Source of the DNA: Candidatus Latescibacterota bacterium
GTDB taxonomy: Bacteria > Latescibacterota > UBA2968 > UBA8231
Assembly (NCBI GenBank): GCA_965243025.1
Contig: CBDETY010000003.1
Location: 4,416,001 to 4,480,000, forward strand
Direction: 5' to 3'
DNA length: 64,000 bases
The translations under genes were made by a program, and so were the position numbers. Below are positions 47,481 to 56,079 of the stretch, in pieces. Numbering within the stretch: position 1 is the stretch's first letter; each line of letters starts with the position of its first letter. The notes beneath the pieces are model-generated. The model saw only the letters and a list, made by a program, of their open reading frames with translations. It was not told the origin of the DNA and did not search any database.

Positions 47481-48611
47481 ATGGGGGCAAGCCAGGACGC
47501 AAGCAGAACCGGCGCTTTCGAGCGTATCGCCATTGTAGGGGTCGGCCTGATCGGGGGTTCCCTCGGACTCGCAGTCAGACAGGCCGCCCCCTCGACGCGC
47601 GTCGTCGGCATCAGCCGCGACGAGACCATCGCCAGGGCCCTCGAGCTGCAAGTGCTCGACGAGGGGTATTCCTACGAAGAGCTCGAGGAAGGAATCGCCG
47701 ATGCCGACCTGGTTCTGCTCTGCACCCCGATCCGGCGCATCGTGGAACTCCTCCCCGAGGTGATGCGCTGCGCCCGCGACGGCGCCCTTATTTCGGACGT
47801 CGGCAGCACCAAGCGGGTTATCGCGCGAACCGCGCTCGCCGCAGGCAGAGAGAACGTCCACTTCATAGGCGGGCACCCGATGGCAGGTTCCGAACGGTCG
47901 GGGGTCACCGCCGCCGACCCTTTCCTGTTCCAGAATGCGATCTACATCCTGATACCTGGCGAGGGAGTTCCGGAACCGCTCCATGCCGACCTGCAGCTGC
48001 TTCTGGGGCGTATCGGCGCCCGGGTCGTCGAGCTTTCCGCCGAGATGCACGACCGCGTGGTCGCCGCCATCTCGCACCTTCCGCAGATGCTCGCGACCTC
48101 CCTGGTCGAGATGGTGGGCCGCATGAACGAGGAAGAGGGGGGCCTGTACCTGCCCCTGGCCGCGGGCGGTTTTCGCGACCTGACGCGCATCGCCTCCAGC
48201 CCTTTCGCCCCGGTATGGGAGGACATATGCAGCACCAACGCCGACAGCATTCGCGATCTGATCGACCGCTTCTCCGCAATGCTCGGCGATGTCCGCGCCC
48301 GCGTCGGGGACGAGAGCCTGAAGAGGGACTTCGATTTCGCCAATGAAAAGCGGGCGTCGATTCCCCGCGACGCCAAGGGTTTTCTGCACCGCCTGCACGA
48401 GATCCTCGTCGTCGCCGAGGACAAACCGGGAGTGATTGCCGAAATCGCCGGCAGCCTGGCGGCCGAGAGTCTCAACATCAACGACATCGAGGTCATGAAG
48501 GTGCGCGAGGGCGAGGGGGGCACGATCCGCCTTGGGTTCGACAGCCCCGAAGCTGCCGAGCAGTCGCTGGCGGTGCTTCATGCTCTCGGCTATCAGGCCC
48601 GGTCGCCGTGA
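47481..48611 (+). CDS. tyrA: Prephenate/arogenate dehydrogenase with C-terminal ACT domain
   Basis: Motifs GVGLIGGS, DVGSTK, GGHPMAGSE, HD..VAAISHLP, GFRDLTRIASS; ACT motif EDKPGVIA. Confidence 0.92.
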   Translation: MGASQDASRTGAFERIAIVGVGLIGGSLGLAVRQAAPSTRVVGISRDETIARALELQVLDEGYSYEELEEGIADADLVLLCTPIRRIVELLPEVMRCARDGALISDVGSTKRVIARTALAAGRENVHFIGGHPMAGSERSGVTAADPFLFQNAIYILIPGEGVPEPLHADLQLLLGRIGARVVELSAEMHDRVVAAISHLPQMLATSLVEMVGRMNEEEGGLYLPLAAGGFRDLTRIASSPFAPVWEDICSTNADSIRDLIDRFSAMLGDVRARVGDESLKRDFDFANEKRASIPRDAKGFLHRLHEILVVAEDKPGVIAEIAGSLAAESLNINDIEVMKVREGEGGTIRLGFDSPEAAEQSLAVLHALGYQARSP

Positions 48612-48652
48612 CCGATTCCAGCCAACCGATTGACAGGAACGGGCAGCGACCG

Positions 48653-49933
48653 ATGAGACAGCGCATATCCGCGGCGCGCAGACTCGAGGGGGAGACGCGC
48701 GTCCCCGGCGAGCGGGACCAGGCCGCCCTGGCTCTGTTGCTGGCGGCGGTTGCCGAAGGTGAGTCGGAGGTCGACAACCTGCCTCCGGGTTCGGAACGCC
48801 TGATTTCGTGGCTGCAGTCGGCCGGCATCGAAACCCGGCGGACCAACTCAAGCGTGGCGATCCGGGGGGCGGGCCCTCATGCCCTCAGCGGCATCGAAGG
48901 CCTCGTCGACCTCACCGACACCGGGACCGCGGCGCTGCCGGCGCTGGCCCTGCTCGCCGGGCAGGGGATCCCCTTGCTTGCCCGGATTCCCGCGGCGCAG
49001 CAGGATTCCTGCACCCGGCTTCTCGAGCTCCTCGGCAGGATGGGAGCGGCCGGCCGAATCGAAGCCGGCGATGTGGTCGGCTTCGACCGCGGCGGCGGCA
49101 TGAAAGGGACCGCTCATCCCGAGACCGACCTCGAGGCGCCGGTTAAGCTGGCGCTGCTGATCGCCGGCCTGTACGGCGAGGGCGTCACCGAAGTCAGGGA
49201 ACCGGCTTCCTCCAGGGACCGGGTCGACGAGCCGCTGGAGCGCCGCGGCGCGGCTGTCTCGCGAAGCCGGCGGGACGGTGCGCGCGCGATCGCGGTGGAG
49301 GGAGGGGCGCATCTTCGGGGAAACCGGGTCTCCGTGCCGGGAGAGCTGCGCCTGGCGCTGCCCCTGGTGGTGGCCGCTTCGAGCCTGAAGGGCTCGAAGG
49401 TCCGCATCGGCAACCTCGAGCTGCGCTCGCCACAGCGCCCGTTCCTCGATCTCCTCCGGCAGATCGGAGGCGAAACCGCTGTCGAAGAAGGAGACGGTGC
49501 TGCCGATCTCGTTGTCGGCGCCGCCAGGCTCAAGGGAACGCGCGTGGCCGGAAGCCGCAGCGAACGCCTCCTGGATCAGATGGAGATGCTGGCTGTGCTG
49601 GCGACCCAGGTGGCCGGTGAGTTCATCATCCGGGACATCGCCTCCCTGCGGCAGGGGGACTTCGACCGGGTCGCTCACCTGGTTTCCGCCCTGCGCAGGA
49701 TCGGGGCGAAAGTCGGGGAGTATCCCGAGGGAATCGTCATCGACGGGGGCAGGCCCCTGACAGGAGACGAGGTCGACTGCAGGAACGACTCCGGACTCGC
49801 GATGGCCTTCGCGGCGGCGGGACTGATCGCCGACGGGGAGATGGTCCTCGCCGACAGCGGCTGCCTGCAAAACGAATTTCCCGGGTTCTGCGATCTGTTG
49901 CAGGTCTTGCAGGTCAAGAAAAAGGAGAGTTGA
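48653..49933 (+). CDS. EPSP synthase (AroA)-like protein with degenerate active site (alternative GTG start at 48608)
   Basis: Colinear with AroA (G..RVPG, LLIAGLY.EG.T.V.EP..SRD, VPG, LLD....LAVLA, DRV..L..L..IGA.V.E..EG..I.G, LAMAFA.AGL, FPGF), but most catalytic motifs are replaced. Confidence 0.85.
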   Translation: MRQRISAARRLEGETRVPGERDQAALALLLAAVAEGESEVDNLPPGSERLISWLQSAGIETRRTNSSVAIRGAGPHALSGIEGLVDLTDTGTAALPALALLAGQGIPLLARIPAAQQDSCTRLLELLGRMGAAGRIEAGDVVGFDRGGGMKGTAHPETDLEAPVKLALLIAGLYGEGVTEVREPASSRDRVDEPLERRGAAVSRSRRDGARAIAVEGGAHLRGNRVSVPGELRLALPLVVAASSLKGSKVRIGNLELRSPQRPFLDLLRQIGGETAVEEGDGAADLVVGAARLKGTRVAGSRSERLLDQMEMLAVLATQVAGEFIIRDIASLRQGDFDRVAHLVSALRRIGAKVGEYPEGIVIDGGRPLTGDEVDCRNDSGLAMAFAAAGLIADGEMVLADSGCLQNEFPGFCDLLQVLQVKKKES

Positions 49934-49934
49934 C

Positions 49935-50075
49935 ATGTTTGCGTTGGTTCGCCTGTTCGCGTTGCTCGCCCTGCTTTTCGGCGGCGGCGTGTTGCTGATC
50001 AAGCTGCTCTACGGCGCCAGCTGGAGCGAAAGCCTGGAGATTGCCGACCAGTTCATCGAGGATCTCCTCGGTTGA
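49935..50075 (+). CDS. Small 46-aa membrane protein (not in the ORF track)
   Basis: AGGAG SD at 49923; MFALVRLFALLALLFGGGVLLIKLLYGASWSESLEIADQFIEDLLG*; fills the gap exactly and its stop overlaps the aroE TTG start. Confidence 0.7.
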   Translation: MFALVRLFALLALLFGGGVLLIKLLYGASWSESLEIADQFIEDLLG

Positions 50076-50923
50076 TCACCTCGCGAACCGGCCTGCTCGG
50101 GGTGATCGGGTTTCCCGTCGAGCACAGCTCCTCGCCGGCGATGCACAACGCCGCGCTCGCCAGGACGGAACTCGATTTCGCCTACCTGCCGTTCGCCGTC
50201 CCCCCGGACCGCGTCGCCGGGGTACCTGTGGCGATGCGGACTCTCGGAATCCGCGGCCTCAACGTCACGGTGCCGCACAAGGTGGCGGTGATGGAGGGGC
50301 TCGACGAGATCTCTGAAGAAGCCCGCGCCATCGGGGCGGTGAACACGATCGCCAACCGGGACGGGCACCTGACCGGGTACAACACCGACGCCGAGGGCGT
50401 CATCGCCAGCCTCCGCGCCGACGGCGGGCTCGACGTCCTGCCCGAGGCGGTGGCGCTGCTCGGGGCCGGAGGCGCCGCCCGCGCGATCCTGTACGCCCTG
50501 CTGCAGGCCGCAGAGGTGAAGGAGGTCACCCTTCACAACCGCACCCTCGAAAAAGCCGAGGCCCTGGCTGCCGATCTCGACCCCGGCTCCCGCCGGGTGC
50601 GCGTCGGTACTCCGGGCCTGGGCGCCGCCTTCGGCGAGGCCGGACTGCTGATCAACGCCACTTCCGTCGGGATGCACCCCGATCCGGAGGCCTCGCCGCT
50701 GCCGGATCCGTCTGTACTTCACGACCGCCTCACGGTCCTCGACATCGTATACAAACCGCGGCGCACGCGGCTGCTGGCGCAGGCCGAGGAGGCCGGAGCA
50801 GCCACCGTCGACGGACTCGGGATGCTCGTTCACCAGGGAGCGCGCGCCTTCGAGATCTGGACCGGTGTGCCGGCTCCCGTCGAGGAAATGAAACAGGCCC
50901 TGCTGAGGCAGGTGGAACCGTGA
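50072..50923 (+). CDS. aroE: Shikimate dehydrogenase
   Basis: Motifs HSSSPAMHN, GLNVTVPHK, IGAVNT, YNTD, GAGGAARA, NRT, DGLGMLVHQG. Confidence 0.95.
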   Translation: MITSRTGLLGVIGFPVEHSSSPAMHNAALARTELDFAYLPFAVPPDRVAGVPVAMRTLGIRGLNVTVPHKVAVMEGLDEISEEARAIGAVNTIANRDGHLTGYNTDAEGVIASLRADGGLDVLPEAVALLGAGGAARAILYALLQAAEVKEVTLHNRTLEKAEALAADLDPGSRRVRVGTPGLGAAFGEAGLLINATSVGMHPDPEASPLPDPSVLHDRLTVLDIVYKPRRTRLLAQAEEAGAATVDGLGMLVHQGARAFEIWTGVPAPVEEMKQALLRQVEP

Positions 50924-52623
50924 CCAATCCGTTCGCGGAAGAAATACTGGAGAGAACCGGGCGGGCGACCGGCCTCGAACCGGAGGCGCTGAGGGGGTTG
51001 CTGTCGGTGCCGCCTTCGGAAGAGATGGGGGACTACGCGATTCCCTGCTTTACCCTGGCGAAGCAGCTGCGCCGGAACCCGGCGCAGATCGCCGGCGAGG
51101 TTGCCTCCCGGCTGAGCGGGGCGGCCAGCGACCGGATCGAAGGGGTCGAGGCCGCGGGAGGGTACGTCAATTTCAAGCTGAACCGCACCGCCTTCATCCG
51201 CCACACCCTCGGTGAAATCGACGCCATGGGAGACCGCTACGGTTCCGGTGCCCAGGGGAAGGGCAAGACCCTCGCCATCGACTTCGGCGCCCCGAATCTC
51301 GCCAAGCCCTTCGGCATCCAGCACCTGCGCTCCACCGCCATCGGCAACGCCATCCGCCGCATCCACGCCTTCCTCGGCTGGAAGTGCGTCGGCATCAACT
51401 ACTACGGCGACTACGGCGCCAACTTCGGCCAGCTCCTCGCCGCCTACACCTTGTGGGCCGACCCCGACAAGGTCGGAGCCAATCCGGTAGCGGAGCTGTC
51501 CAATCTGTACGTGCGCTTCAACGACGAGGTGAAGAGCCGTCCCGAGCTGGCGGAGGAGTCACGGGCGCGACTCGTCCGGCTCGCCGCCGGCGACGAGGAG
51601 ATGGTCTCCCTGTGGCGGTACTTCGTGGAGGAAGGGCGCCGGGAAGCGGAGCGCATGTACCGCATTCTCGAGGTGGAGTTCGACGACTACCTCGGCGAGA
51701 GCCACTTCGCCGACCGGCTCGACGAGACCATCGCCTTCTTCTCCGAAAAGGGGCTGGCCGAAGAGAGCGAGGGGGCGCTGATCGTCCGCGTCGGGGAGGA
51801 CATCCCCCCCTGCATGCTGCGCACCAGCGCGGGTACGAGCACTTACCACAGCCGCGATCTCGCCGCCCTGCGCTACCGCTGGGAGCGCTACCGGTTCGAC
51901 AAGATGGTCTACGTCACCGACATCCGGCAGCAGCTGCACTTCCGCCAGGTCTTCGGCTCCCTGGAACGGGCCGGGGCCGAATGGACGAGCCGCTGCGTTC
52001 ACGCCCCCTTCGGATTGCTCTCGTTCCGGGGGGAAGCGATGGGAACGCGAAAGGGGAACGCCCTGTTGCTCGAAGACGTGCTCGAGCGGGCCGTCGAGCT
52101 GGCGCGGGAGATCATCTCCGAGAAGAACCCGGAGCTCGCCGCAAGGGAGGAAGTCGCCCGGCAGGTCGGCATAGGGGCGGTGGTGTTCGCCGACGTCAGC
52201 AACCGGCGCACCCGCGACGTGAGCTTTTCCCTCGAGGAGGTGCTCAACTTCGACGGCGAGACCGGACCCTACCTCCAATACACCCACGCGCGCTTCTGCA
52301 GCATCCTGCGGCGGTTCGGCGGACCTCCTGACGGCGGCGACGCCGCCAGACTGGGGGAACCGGCGGAGATGCGGGTCGCCCGGCAGCTCGCGGAGTTTCC
52401 CGCGCAGGTGGCACAGGCCGCCGACGAGAACGAACCTTCCTTCATCGCCGGCTATCTGCTCGACCTGGCCGCGGTCGCCAACAAGATGTACAACGAACTG
52501 CAGGTGCTGGTACCCGGCGACCCCGGGCTCGCCGAGGCGCGTGTCAGGCTGGTCGACGCGGTGCGCGGGGTGCTGCGCACGGGACTGGAGCTTGTCGGGA
52601 TGAAAGCCCCGGAGGAGATGTGA
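50920..52623 (+). CDS. argS: Arginine--tRNA ligase (divergent HIGH motif)
   Basis: Motifs GDYA.PCF.LAK, GYVNF, PNLAKPF...HLRST.IG, Q.LHF.Q.F, M.TRKG, GETGPYLQYTHAR, C-terminal PEEM. Confidence 0.92.
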   Translation: MTNPFAEEILERTGRATGLEPEALRGLLSVPPSEEMGDYAIPCFTLAKQLRRNPAQIAGEVASRLSGAASDRIEGVEAAGGYVNFKLNRTAFIRHTLGEIDAMGDRYGSGAQGKGKTLAIDFGAPNLAKPFGIQHLRSTAIGNAIRRIHAFLGWKCVGINYYGDYGANFGQLLAAYTLWADPDKVGANPVAELSNLYVRFNDEVKSRPELAEESRARLVRLAAGDEEMVSLWRYFVEEGRREAERMYRILEVEFDDYLGESHFADRLDETIAFFSEKGLAEESEGALIVRVGEDIPPCMLRTSAGTSTYHSRDLAALRYRWERYRFDKMVYVTDIRQQLHFRQVFGSLERAGAEWTSRCVHAPFGLLSFRGEAMGTRKGNALLLEDVLERAVELAREIISEKNPELAAREEVARQVGIGAVVFADVSNRRTRDVSFSLEEVLNFDGETGPYLQYTHARFCSILRRFGGPPDGGDAARLGEPAEMRVARQLAEFPAQVAQAADENEPSFIAGYLLDLAAVANKMYNELQVLVPGDPGLAEARVRLVDAVRGVLRTGLELVGMKAPEEM

Positions 52624-52762
52624 GTATGGTCCTCCGGTGGCCGACCATCGATACCTGCGGGTTGCAGGGGAAGCCCCGGCAAGGCGCAGGCTGCCGCGGC
52701 AGTTGCCTTTCGAACATGCCCGGGGGTGGCGGCGCGCAAGCCCTGCCTCCGTCGGCGGGGAA

Positions 52763-53314
52763 ATGCGGGGAAGCGTGAACGGCCCGGTCTTCCTCACCGG
52801 CTTCATGGCGACCGGCAAGACCAAGGTGGGGCGCCTGCTGGCCCGGCGCATGGGGCGCAGATTCATCGATACCGACGACATGGTGGAGGAGCGCGCCGGA
52901 ATGACTGTTGCCGGGATTTTTTCGCAAAAGGGGGAAAGCTGGTTCCGGAACCTCGAGCACGCCTGCCTGGCCGAGGTCGCCTCGCGGGACGATGTCGTCG
53001 TCGCCCTCGGAGGGGGCGCCATCACCCAGGAGCGCAACCGCGACGCCATCCGCAAATCGCCGGGCGTGCTTATCTGTCTTCAGGCGGACCTCGACACGAT
53101 CCTGGAGCGCGTCAGCCGCAAGGAGACCCGTCCCTTGCTCGCAGGGTTGAACACGGAGCAGAAACGGAAAAAAATCGAGGACATGCTCGCGGAGCGGGCT
53201 CCATTCTACGCCTCCGCGAACATGACGGTGCGCTCGAGCGGGGAACGGACCCCGGAAGAGACCGCCGAGGAAATCCACCGGTCTATCGAACGGAGGCCGC
53301 CATGCCGTCGGTAA
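52763..53314 (+). CDS. aroK: Shikimate kinase
   Basis: Motifs GFMATGKTKVG, DTD, GESWFR..E, GGGA, RPLL, ER.PFY. Confidence 0.94.
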   Translation: MRGSVNGPVFLTGFMATGKTKVGRLLARRMGRRFIDTDDMVEERAGMTVAGIFSQKGESWFRNLEHACLAEVASRDDVVVALGGGAITQERNRDAIRKSPGVLICLQADLDTILERVSRKETRPLLAGLNTEQKRKKIEDMLAERAPFYASANMTVRSSGERTPEETAEEIHRSIERRPPCRR

Positions 53315-54402
53315 CCGTCGACCTGGGGGAACGCGGCTACGAGGTCGCGGTCGGAAGCGGCATCCTCGCCGAGACCGGCCCGCGCTGCCGGGAGCTCGGC
53401 CTCGGCAGCCGCGCCGCAGTGATCGCCGACGCCGCCCTGACCGACAGCTGGCTTCCAACCCTTTCCGGGAGCCTGCGGGACGCCGGTTTCCAAGTGATGG
53501 AAATCCCCTTCCCCGGCCGCGACCCGGAGAAAAACCTCGCTGCCGCCGAGCGCATCTTCGGGAAGCTCATCGAAGCGCGCATGGACCGCGGCTGCTGGAT
53601 CGCCGCCCTCGGCGGCGGGGTCGCCGGCGACCTCGCCGGGTTCGTCGCGGCGACCTTCCTGCGCGGCGTCGACTTCGTGCAGGTGCCGACGACGATCGTC
53701 GCCCAGGTCGACGCCAGCATCGGGGGCAAGACCGCGGTCAATCACGCCCTCGGCAAGAACACCATCGGCGCCTTCCACCAGCCGCGCCTGGTGCTGGCCG
53801 ACACCGCCACGCTGCGCACCCTGCCGGTCTCCGAGCGCGTCTCCGGCATGTCGGAGGTCGTCAAGCACGCCGTCATCGCCGATCCCGAGCTCTTCGAGTT
53901 CCTCGAACGCAACGTCGAAAAGGTCGTCGCCCTGGAGATCGGCCCGGAACAGCTCGACTGGCTGATCGCCCGCAACGCCGGCATCAAGGCTTCGGTGGTC
54001 TCCGGCGACGAAAAGGAGAGCGGCAGGCGCGCCATCCTCAACTACGGCCACACCGTCGGCCACGCGATCGAAGCGGCGACCGGCTACCGCAACTACAGCC
54101 ACGGCGAAGCGGTGATCCTCGGCATGGCCGCGGCCGGGCAGATCGCGGCGCTGCTCGGCACCTGGCCGGCGGCGGAGCAGCGGCGCCAGGACGCGCTGCT
54201 GGAACGCCTGGGGGTACCGACGGGAATCAGCCAGGTGCCGGCGGCGGACATCGTCGAGCGCACCCATGCCGACAAGAAGCGCCGCGACGGCAGGCTGCGC
54301 TTCGTACTCGGCCGCCGCATCGGCGAGGTGAGCCTGGTCGAGGACGTCGACGAGAAGGTGGTGACCGCCGGGGTCGAGTACATTCAGAAGGCGTATCCCT
54401 GA
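53302..54402 (+). CDS. aroB: 3-dehydroquinate synthase
   Basis: Motifs LGGGVAGDLAGF, PTT..AQVDASIGGKTAVN, KN.IGAFHQP, LNYGHTVGHAIE, HGEAV, DKK. Confidence 0.95.
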   Translation: MPSVTVDLGERGYEVAVGSGILAETGPRCRELGLGSRAAVIADAALTDSWLPTLSGSLRDAGFQVMEIPFPGRDPEKNLAAAERIFGKLIEARMDRGCWIAALGGGVAGDLAGFVAATFLRGVDFVQVPTTIVAQVDASIGGKTAVNHALGKNTIGAFHQPRLVLADTATLRTLPVSERVSGMSEVVKHAVIADPELFEFLERNVEKVVALEIGPEQLDWLIARNAGIKASVVSGDEKESGRRAILNYGHTVGHAIEAATGYRNYSHGEAVILGMAAAGQIAALLGTWPAAEQRRQDALLERLGVPTGISQVPAADIVERTHADKKRRDGRLRFVLGRRIGEVSLVEDVDEKVVTAGVEYIQKAYP

Positions 54403-54413
54403 TTTCCCGCGAA

Positions 54414-55745
54414 ATGAACGCCGGCGCCAAAATCCACCTCGTCAGCCTCGGCTGCCCCAAGAACACCGTCGACTCGGAGCGCATGCTCGGACTGCTCGAC
54501 GGCAACGGGTACGAAACGACCTCCGACCCGCAGGCCGCCGATGTCGTCATCGTCAACACCTGCGGGTTCATCGGGCCCGCCAAGGAGGAGTCGATAGACG
54601 CCATTCTCGCGGCGCACCAGCTCAGGGAGACCGGGGTCTGCAAAGGGGTCATCGTCACCGGATGCCTGGCCGAACGCTACCGCCCCGACCTGCGCCGGGA
54701 GCTCGCGGAAGAGGCGGACGAGATCCTGACACTCGGCCAGGAAAAGGAGATCGCGCGCTGCGTCGACCGCCTCCTCGGGCGGGCCCGGGAGCGCTACATC
54801 GACAGCGCCCCGCGGCTGCAGACGACCCCCCGCCACTGGGCCTATCTCCGCATCTCGGACGGCTGCGACCATCAGTGCGCCTTCTGTGCGATTCCGCTGA
54901 TCAAGGGCAGGCATCGCAGCGAACCGGTCGAAGCCCTCCTGGCCGAGGCGCAGCGGCTGACCGCCGCGGGGGTGCGCGAGCTGGTGCTCGTCTCCCAGGA
55001 CTCGGTGCGCTACGGCAAGGACCTCTACGGCCGCTACGAGCTGCTGGCGCTGCTGCGCCGGCTCGCCGCGGTCGAGGGCCTTGATTGGATGCGCCTGATG
55101 TACACCTACCCCGCGTTCTGGAGCGACGAGCTGATCGGCTTCTTCGCCGACGCGCCGGTCATGTGCAACTACATCGACATGCCGCTGCAGCACATCTCGG
55201 ACCCGGTGCTGGCGCGCATGAAGCGGGCGACCACCCGGAGGAAGACCCTCGAGCTGCTGGAGAAGCTGCGCACCCGCCTCCCCGGAGTCGGACTGCGGTC
55301 GTCGTTCATCGTCGGTTTTCCGGGCGAAACCGAGGCCCAGTTCGAGGAGCTGCTCGAGTTCATCGAGGCCAGCCGCTTCGACAACGCCACCTGCTTCATC
55401 TACTCCACGGAAGAGGGAACGGCCGCCGCCGACCTCGACCAGCCGGTCGCCGAGGAGATCAAGGAGGAACGCTACCGGCGCCTCACCGAGCTTCAGGACC
55501 GCATTTCCGCTGAGATCAACCTCGGCCTCGTCGGCACCCGGCAGACCGTCCTGATCGACGAGGGGGAGGGCGAGACCGGGGGCGGTTTCCGCGGCCGCAT
55601 GCAGCGCGACGCCCCCGAGATCGACGGCAGCGTCGCCGTCGCCGCCGGCGAAGCGGAGCTGCGGCCGGGGAGTTTCGCCGAGGTCGAGATCACCGGGGCC
55701 TACCCGTACGAGTTGACGGCCCGGGCTCTCGGTCCGGTCTGGTGA
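54414..55745 (+). CDS. rimO: Ribosomal protein S12 methylthiotransferase
   Basis: Motifs SLGCPKNTVDSE, NTCGFI, GCDHQCAFCAIP, YIDMPLQH, DAPEIDG (TRAM). Confidence 0.95.
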   Translation: MNAGAKIHLVSLGCPKNTVDSERMLGLLDGNGYETTSDPQAADVVIVNTCGFIGPAKEESIDAILAAHQLRETGVCKGVIVTGCLAERYRPDLRRELAEEADEILTLGQEKEIARCVDRLLGRARERYIDSAPRLQTTPRHWAYLRISDGCDHQCAFCAIPLIKGRHRSEPVEALLAEAQRLTAAGVRELVLVSQDSVRYGKDLYGRYELLALLRRLAAVEGLDWMRLMYTYPAFWSDELIGFFADAPVMCNYIDMPLQHISDPVLARMKRATTRRKTLELLEKLRTRLPGVGLRSSFIVGFPGETEAQFEELLEFIEASRFDNATCFIYSTEEGTAAADLDQPVAEEIKEERYRRLTELQDRISAEINLGLVGTRQTVLIDEGEGETGGGFRGRMQRDAPEIDGSVAVAAGEAELRPGSFAEVEITGAYPYELTARALGPVW

Positions 55746-55755
55746 GATCGCCGCA

Positions 55756-56079
55756 GTGGCCCGGCAGAGGAAGACGCGCCCCACCGCCATCACCCTGACA
55801 GGGAAGTACCTGGAGATCGCCTGGAGCGACGGAACCGGCTCGCGGGCTCCCCTGAGCGAGCTGCGCCGCAGCTGTCCCTGCGCGATGTGCCGCGAAGCCC
55901 GCCGGGAAAGCGAGCCGTCGGCATCGGGGGATCTGCCGGTGCTGGCCGGGGAGGCCGAGACCGCCACCGCCGAGGCGAGGAGGTTCGAGCCCGTCGGCCG
56001 CTACGGCATCCGCATCACCTGGGCCGACGGCCACGACACCGGGATCTACACTTTCGAGGCGCTGCGCGAGCTCGGCTGA
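55756..56079 (+). CDS. DUF971 / GBBH-like N-terminal domain protein
   Basis: Motifs W.DG, LRRSCPCAMC, VGRYGIRITWADGHDTGIYTF. Confidence 0.88.
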   Translation: MARQRKTRPTAITLTGKYLEIAWSDGTGSRAPLSELRRSCPCAMCREARRESEPSASGDLPVLAGEAETATAEARRFEPVGRYGIRITWADGHDTGIYTFEALRELG

